A stretch of DNA of 43,266 nucleotides from a virus: the IMG/VR virus record IMGVR_UViG_3300045988_018111, positions 1-43,266 of that record. One strand, written 5' to 3'. This document shows positions 39,099-43,266 of this stretch, in pieces. Under the pieces are notes generated by a model. It searched no databases and was not told the origin of the DNA. It worked only from the letters and a program-made list of their open reading frames with translations. The position numbers and the translations under genes are program-made. Within the stretch, counting starts at the first letter, position 1. Each line of letters opens with the position of its first letter.

Positions 39099-41093
39099 TT
39101 ACACCCCCGGCATTGCCGCGCTGCTTCCCGTGTCCATGTTCGGCTTAGACTGTTCGGCAAGCTTCTGCATGTACGGCGTCTGTGCGCTCTGTGCGTCAGC
39201 GTTCTTGCTCTCAATTCCACCGCTGCCGCTCTTACGTGTCGAGCCGCCACTCTGCGTGCCGCCCGCCGTTCCGATGCCCATGTCCTGTCCCGTAAGCTGC
39301 TGGATAACCGCGAGCGCCTTTTGCAGCTGATCGCTCTGCTGCTGCACGACGTTGTAGAGCGTCGCGCCCTCGTTGACCTGGCTCTTGATCTTGTCGATTC
39401 CTTCGAAGTCCATCATGTCGAGCGCAATCATGCTTTCCTGTGCCCTGTCTGGGGAGAAGAATCCCAGCGAATACAGCTCTTTTGCCCGCTCGTTCTGTTC
39501 CGCACGGGAGAAGGGATTCTTCTTCTGCGCCTTGATCTTGATGTCAAAGACCGGCCTGCGGAACAGGTCATTGCCGAGGCTATCCACACCAGTCACCTGA
39601 TCGCCGAGCTCGTTCACGCCGATCTGCGCATACTCGTAGGGCATTTCATTCGTGATGCGGAAAGTACGCGCTGCGTCGTAGAACTGCCGCATGCGCTCAA
39701 TGCACAGCTTCACGATCTTCGCCTGCGCGCGGTAGCACGCCGAAATCATATCGCGGCTCGCCTTGTTGCCCGCTTCCTGCAATGCGCTGATCGCCGCAGC
39801 AGCTGTCGCGCCGGAGGACGTGCCGCCGTTGGAAACGTCGCGGTTTGCGCTCGTTTCCTTCATCTCGTCGATCTTCATCTGCACGATATTCGCGTAGATG
39901 GAATCGAGCGGGCGCGTCGTTACTTCGCGGAGCCTGCTCTCGTCGATCTGGCCGGACACGTGGATGATCGGCTTGCGCCAGTCAAGGAACTCTTCTTCGT
40001 TGATGTTCAGGCTTTCACTCGCAAAGTACCGGCGCTTGCTGCCCATCATTGAAGTTTCGAGGATGTTGCCCCACAGCTTGTCGATGTAGAGCTGCGGGTC
40101 CTTTGCAATGGCCGTATATCCGAATCCCGCAGGTGTGCCCTTTTCTGGGAACAGCACGTCAAACACGAACGGATATTCGCCGTCTTCGTAGAAGCCGCCC
40201 TCCGCATATTCTGGGTCATTTTCGCTGGCGTAGATGATATGCTCCTCGTCGATAAACTTCGCGTAGTGCAGTACCGTCCTCCCGTCTGTGGCCTTCTTGC
40301 GGTAATACCAGTCGATCACGGCGACCTTGTTGCTCGTGTCCACTGTGTCGTCGTACTCGTATTTTGCCGTTTCAATGCTGCTGCCGCTGAGCTTATCCGC
40401 AAACTGCGGGTATTCGTCCTCGATGATGTCGCGGTCGACGAGCGCCACCGTAAACACGTTGCGGCTCTTCTGGATGTCCTCAATACCCGGCTCCCAGAAG
40501 ATATTCAGCGGGTCAATGCCCTCGATAGCGATGTCGCCGAGCCCGTTGTCTTTCTCCTTGTCCCAAAACACCCCATAGAGCGCCACACCGTGTTTGAGCT
40601 TTTCCCACCACTCGAAGCTGTATGTGCTGTCAAATTCGTTGTATTCCATGATGACCGGCAGCACAGACGAGAGCGTCTGCGCGCTTTCCTCGTCGCTCTG
40701 CTCGCGAGGCAGGCATACGGGCTCGGGGTAGTTGTCCATCGCGTCGGCGTGCTTATTCATGATCGAATTGAACAGCCATGCACTCGCAGGCTCGGGCGAT
40801 TCCCCCGCGTCTTTCGCCCCGCGTCGGATATCCTCCCAATGCCGAAGCTTCCACCAGCGCTCCTCGCTGATGATGCGATTCTCGAAGTTGCTCTTGCCCT
40901 GCTTGTACTTTTGCAGCGTTTCTACGGCGTCACCGATCTCCTTGCTGCCGATGGCTGCGCCGCTGCTCATCGCCGCGTCGCTGTCGCGGAATGCGCCTAC
41001 AAGCGGCGCTTCTGCCTTTGCATCCAACATCGCAGCAGCGCCAGCCGCGTCGGCCTGCTGCTGCGTCTGCGGGAATTTTCTCGTTCCTGCCAT
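39099..41093 (-). CDS. Portal protein
   Basis: 664 aa directly after the large terminase. AGGAGGGGGAAG SD. Acidic and aromatic-rich core typical of portals. The call rests on size, position and general resemblance. Confidence 0.8.
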   Translation of the reverse strand: MAGTRKFPQTQQQADAAGAAAMLDAKAEAPLVGAFRDSDAAMSSGAAIGSKEIGDAVETLQKYKQGKSNFENRIISEERWWKLRHWEDIRRGAKDAGESPEPASAWLFNSIMNKHADAMDNYPEPVCLPREQSDEESAQTLSSVLPVIMEYNEFDSTYSFEWWEKLKHGVALYGVFWDKEKDNGLGDIAIEGIDPLNIFWEPGIEDIQKSRNVFTVALVDRDIIEDEYPQFADKLSGSSIETAKYEYDDTVDTSNKVAVIDWYYRKKATDGRTVLHYAKFIDEEHIIYASENDPEYAEGGFYEDGEYPFVFDVLFPEKGTPAGFGYTAIAKDPQLYIDKLWGNILETSMMGSKRRYFASESLNINEEEFLDWRKPIIHVSGQIDESRLREVTTRPLDSIYANIVQMKIDEMKETSANRDVSNGGTSSGATAAAAISALQEAGNKASRDMISACYRAQAKIVKLCIERMRQFYDAARTFRITNEMPYEYAQIGVNELGDQVTGVDSLGNDLFRRPVFDIKIKAQKKNPFSRAEQNERAKELYSLGFFSPDRAQESMIALDMMDFEGIDKIKSQVNEGATLYNVVQQQSDQLQKALAVIQQLTGQDMGIGTAGGTQSGGSTRKSGSGGIESKNADAQSAQTPYMQKLAEQSKPNMDTGSSAAMPGV

Positions 41094-41108
41094 GTCTTCC
41101 CCCTCCTG

Positions 41109-42539
41109 TCAGTTGTGTTGGAACCACGCATATTTGTCGTAGCTCGGCGTATTGATGTCCAGCGGGTCGTACAAGACCGGCTTCGGCGGCTTATTTACCC
41201 GCGCCGCAATGGGATTCTCCATGCACACATAGCGTGTCATGTCGTAGATATGATCCTCCTGCTCGGTGTTCACGTCCTCAACGTCCTTTTCGTCATAAAC
41301 GAGGTTTGGAACCGTTCGGATGAAATTCTTGCACGTATCGAAGATATACAGCATCGGCACGCCGTTCTCATCAAACGCGAATCGGTTGTGCAGCTGCATC
41401 TTGCCGTCGATGCGGGCGTTATCCCCCTTCTCGAAGTAGACGCGCTCGCGCTCAAAGAGCGATCCGATGCTCTCCGTACCCTGCGTGCCCCAGATCGCGG
41501 GGTCGCCCACACGGAAGATGTGCCGCCCCTTGAGATTCGGGTCTTCTGCCTCAATGCGCTTCATCTCGCGGGCCACTGCCGTCGGTTCCATCTTCACGCC
41601 CTCGTTCGGTGTGCCCGTGCAGCCGTAATATTCCCGGATGTGGTAGAGCCGCCTATCTTGGTCGACCGCGAACCAGCCGATGGCAAACGGCCTTGAATAG
41701 CCCCAGTCCATTGCGCACCAGATTGGCCACTCGCGTGGGATTTGGAACGGCGCGATGACGTGCGTATGGATGCGGTCGCGGTAGTGTTCGTTGTCATTGC
41801 GCCACTCGGTAAACACCTGCCCGGAGAACGTATCCCAATCGCCGTAGAGCAGTGCGTTCTTCTCCGCCTCCGGCATCGACGCAAGGCGCGTCAAATAGCT
41901 GTCGTCGTTCTTGAGCAGTATCTTATTGTCGAATACCGTGCTCGGAACAAAGATGCGGCTCTTCTGCCGATGTTCTTCGTGCCCATCTGGAAAGCGCACG
42001 ACGGCATCCTCGCGGATGGTCCTCATCGGAGGCGCTGCCGTGATGAAACGTTCCTTGACCCATCCGTGCCCCACACCGCCGGGGTTCGCCGTGCTGCGGA
42101 TATACACCCGCGTCCCCGGCCCGTTCGGTCGGTTGCGGGAAAAGAGGTAGCTGTATTCTTCCCATGTAAAGTGGGTCAGCTCGTCGAATGCGATAAAGTC
42201 ATACGCCTGTCCCTGATACTTGATCTTGTCCTTTGCATACTGCATCGAGCCGAAGATGATTTTTGCCCCGCTCGGGAATGTCCATGTGTGGCTGCTGCCG
42301 TTGTAGCGCGCGCCCGGATAGATACGCGGGTAGTAGTTCAGCGTCTTGTCAATGAGCTCGGCAAGCTGTGGGAAGGTCTTTCGCAGGATGATTGCCTTGT
42401 AATACGGGATATTTACTTGACGCAATGCCTCGATGACCAACGCATCGGATTTCCCCCCGCCTAACCGGCTGCGCCGCCGTATAGTGCCTCGTCCTCCCAG
42501 CGGCTCATAAAGAGCGCCTGCTTGGGCTGCGGCTTCCAT
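41109..42539 (-). CDS. terL: Terminase large subunit
   Basis: Walker A-like LGGGKSDAL, FIAFDELTHF (Walker B/coupling), and a C-terminal nuclease part with WGYSRPFAIGWF...DTCKNFIRT. Confidence 0.9.
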   Translation of the reverse strand: MEAAAQAGALYEPLGGRGTIRRRSRLGGGKSDALVIEALRQVNIPYYKAIILRKTFPQLAELIDKTLNYYPRIYPGARYNGSSHTWTFPSGAKIIFGSMQYAKDKIKYQGQAYDFIAFDELTHFTWEEYSYLFSRNRPNGPGTRVYIRSTANPGGVGHGWVKERFITAAPPMRTIREDAVVRFPDGHEEHRQKSRIFVPSTVFDNKILLKNDDSYLTRLASMPEAEKNALLYGDWDTFSGQVFTEWRNDNEHYRDRIHTHVIAPFQIPREWPIWCAMDWGYSRPFAIGWFAVDQDRRLYHIREYYGCTGTPNEGVKMEPTAVAREMKRIEAEDPNLKGRHIFRVGDPAIWGTQGTESIGSLFERERVYFEKGDNARIDGKMQLHNRFAFDENGVPMLYIFDTCKNFIRTVPNLVYDEKDVEDVNTEQEDHIYDMTRYVCMENPIAARVNKPPKPVLYDPLDINTPSYDKYAWFQHN

Positions 42540-42545
42540 ACCACG

Positions 42546-43016
42546 CTACGCTTCGCCATTCGCATCACCTCCCGCGTCCTGCGGAGCAGGCATCACCGCG
42601 GGCAGCTCTGCCACGCCGCACACGCTCTCTCCGCCGTCTTCCTTCTTCTCGTCATTTACCCAGCGGAAATTGTATCTCAGGCTGAATTCAGCGCCACGCT
42701 GGCCGTCTCGGTCGAAGAGCCGTTCCTCTGCGTAAGCCTCGATGCGAGACTTCGCGCGCGTAACCGTGTCAACAAATCCTTTCTTTGCCTGATAGTTCAG
42801 CAGCGCCTGCCTGCTCGTAAATCCCAGCGCAAGCGCGAGCCCCGTCACCGTCGGTGGGCGCTGATGAATGATAAACGGCTGCCCGAATTTGTCGAGGATT
42901 GGCATACCATCGTCCCCTATGATCGGCTCGCCCTTGCAATCCTCGAAGTATTGGTCAATGACGGCCTGCATTTCTTCGACCGTCGCATATTTGGGATGAC
43001 ACCCTGCTTTTGCCAT
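42546..43016 (-). CDS. terS: Terminase small subunit
   Basis: PPTVTGLALALGFTSRQALLNYQ HTH-like motif typical of gp3/P27-type small terminases. Immediately upstream of terL. Confidence 0.8.
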   Translation of the reverse strand: MAKAGCHPKYATVEEMQAVIDQYFEDCKGEPIIGDDGMPILDKFGQPFIIHQRPPTVTGLALALGFTSRQALLNYQAKKGFVDTVTRAKSRIEAYAEERLFDRDGQRGAEFSLRYNFRWVNDEKKEDGGESVCGVAELPAVMPAPQDAGGDANGEA

Positions 43017-43120
43017 GCCGCCACCGCCTTTCTTTTTTATGCTGCAAGCCCCCCGTCCTCGGCCTTATCGCACAGCATTCTTATCCCCCGCTCGGGGAAC
43101 CGAGCTTCCTATTTCCGACG

Positions 43121-43153
43121 GTAACACGCCATCTTTTATTTCTCACCACGGGC
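43121..43153 (-). promoter_or_regulatory. Late bipartite motif, site A (GCCCGTGGTG-N17-TGTTAC) about 100 nt upstream of terS
   Basis: See findings. The upstream half is also present in the left terminal copy (17..28). Confidence 0.5.
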
Positions 43154-43266
43154 GTGGAAACTTTCTCTCCCTCTTCCTGTGCTCTCCCTTGTATAGTTAC
43201 ATACACACAACATAGATACATCCTGCATATAGCACCCTCTCCCGAAAGAAAAGAAATATAAAAGAA
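43126..43266. repeat. Terminal overlap, right copy (identical to 1..141)
   Basis: 141/141 identity with the window start. Confidence 0.97.

Overview
The window is one complete temperate phage genome, not a chromosomal segment. Bases 1..141 are identical to 43126..43266, so the unique sequence is 43,125 bp and closes into a circle (assembly overlap or short terminal redundancy). Almost all genes are on the minus strand, with Firmicutes-type GGAGG ribosome-binding sites and many ATGA/GTGA start-stop overlaps. The DNA is visibly GC-rich, which suggests a high-GC Clostridia host (inference only). Reading the minus strand from the right end gives: a late promoter-like motif, small and large terminase, portal, Prp-like protease, scaffold, N4-gp56-like major capsid, a collagen-like fibre and several tail or receptor-binding proteins. 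These are followed by a 2560-aa giant HEXXH-containing protein, an XhlA-holin-holin-amidase lysis cassette, a small cargo block, and attP (a tRNA 3'-end-like core flanked by arm-type repeats). A plus-strand lysogeny block (CI-like repressor, membrane protein, membrane-anchored HTH protein, tyrosine integrase) faces a minus-strand early operon. That operon carries a Cro-like gene, an antirepressor, YqaJ exonuclease/RecT/SSB, a replisome organiser with an internal iteron origin, a G39P-like loader, DUF1064, three HTH proteins, two DNA methyltransferases, ASCH, and a DUF2829/Tad2-like protein. No tail tube, sheath or tape-measure gene is visible, so the virion is probably podovirus-like. The most interesting observations are listed here. 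(1) A non-sigma-A bipartite motif GTGGTG-N17-TG(T/A)TA(C/G) occurs three times, once at the head of each late transcription unit. (2) The giant polyvalent-type protein contains a well-formed +1-frame ORF with its own SD exactly where the giant frame looks non-coding. (3) The lysis-lysogeny switch has three near-consensus promoters in face-to-face arrangement plus an antisense transcript. (4) A 41-codon ORF mimics the repressor C-terminal tail (SinI/SinR-like logic). (5) A Tad2-like candidate anti-Thoeris sponge is present. (6) A Prp-like protease sits beside a VILSLF(D/E)G motif shared by the scaffold and capsid N-termini. All functional calls come from reading motifs by eye; no database search was run.
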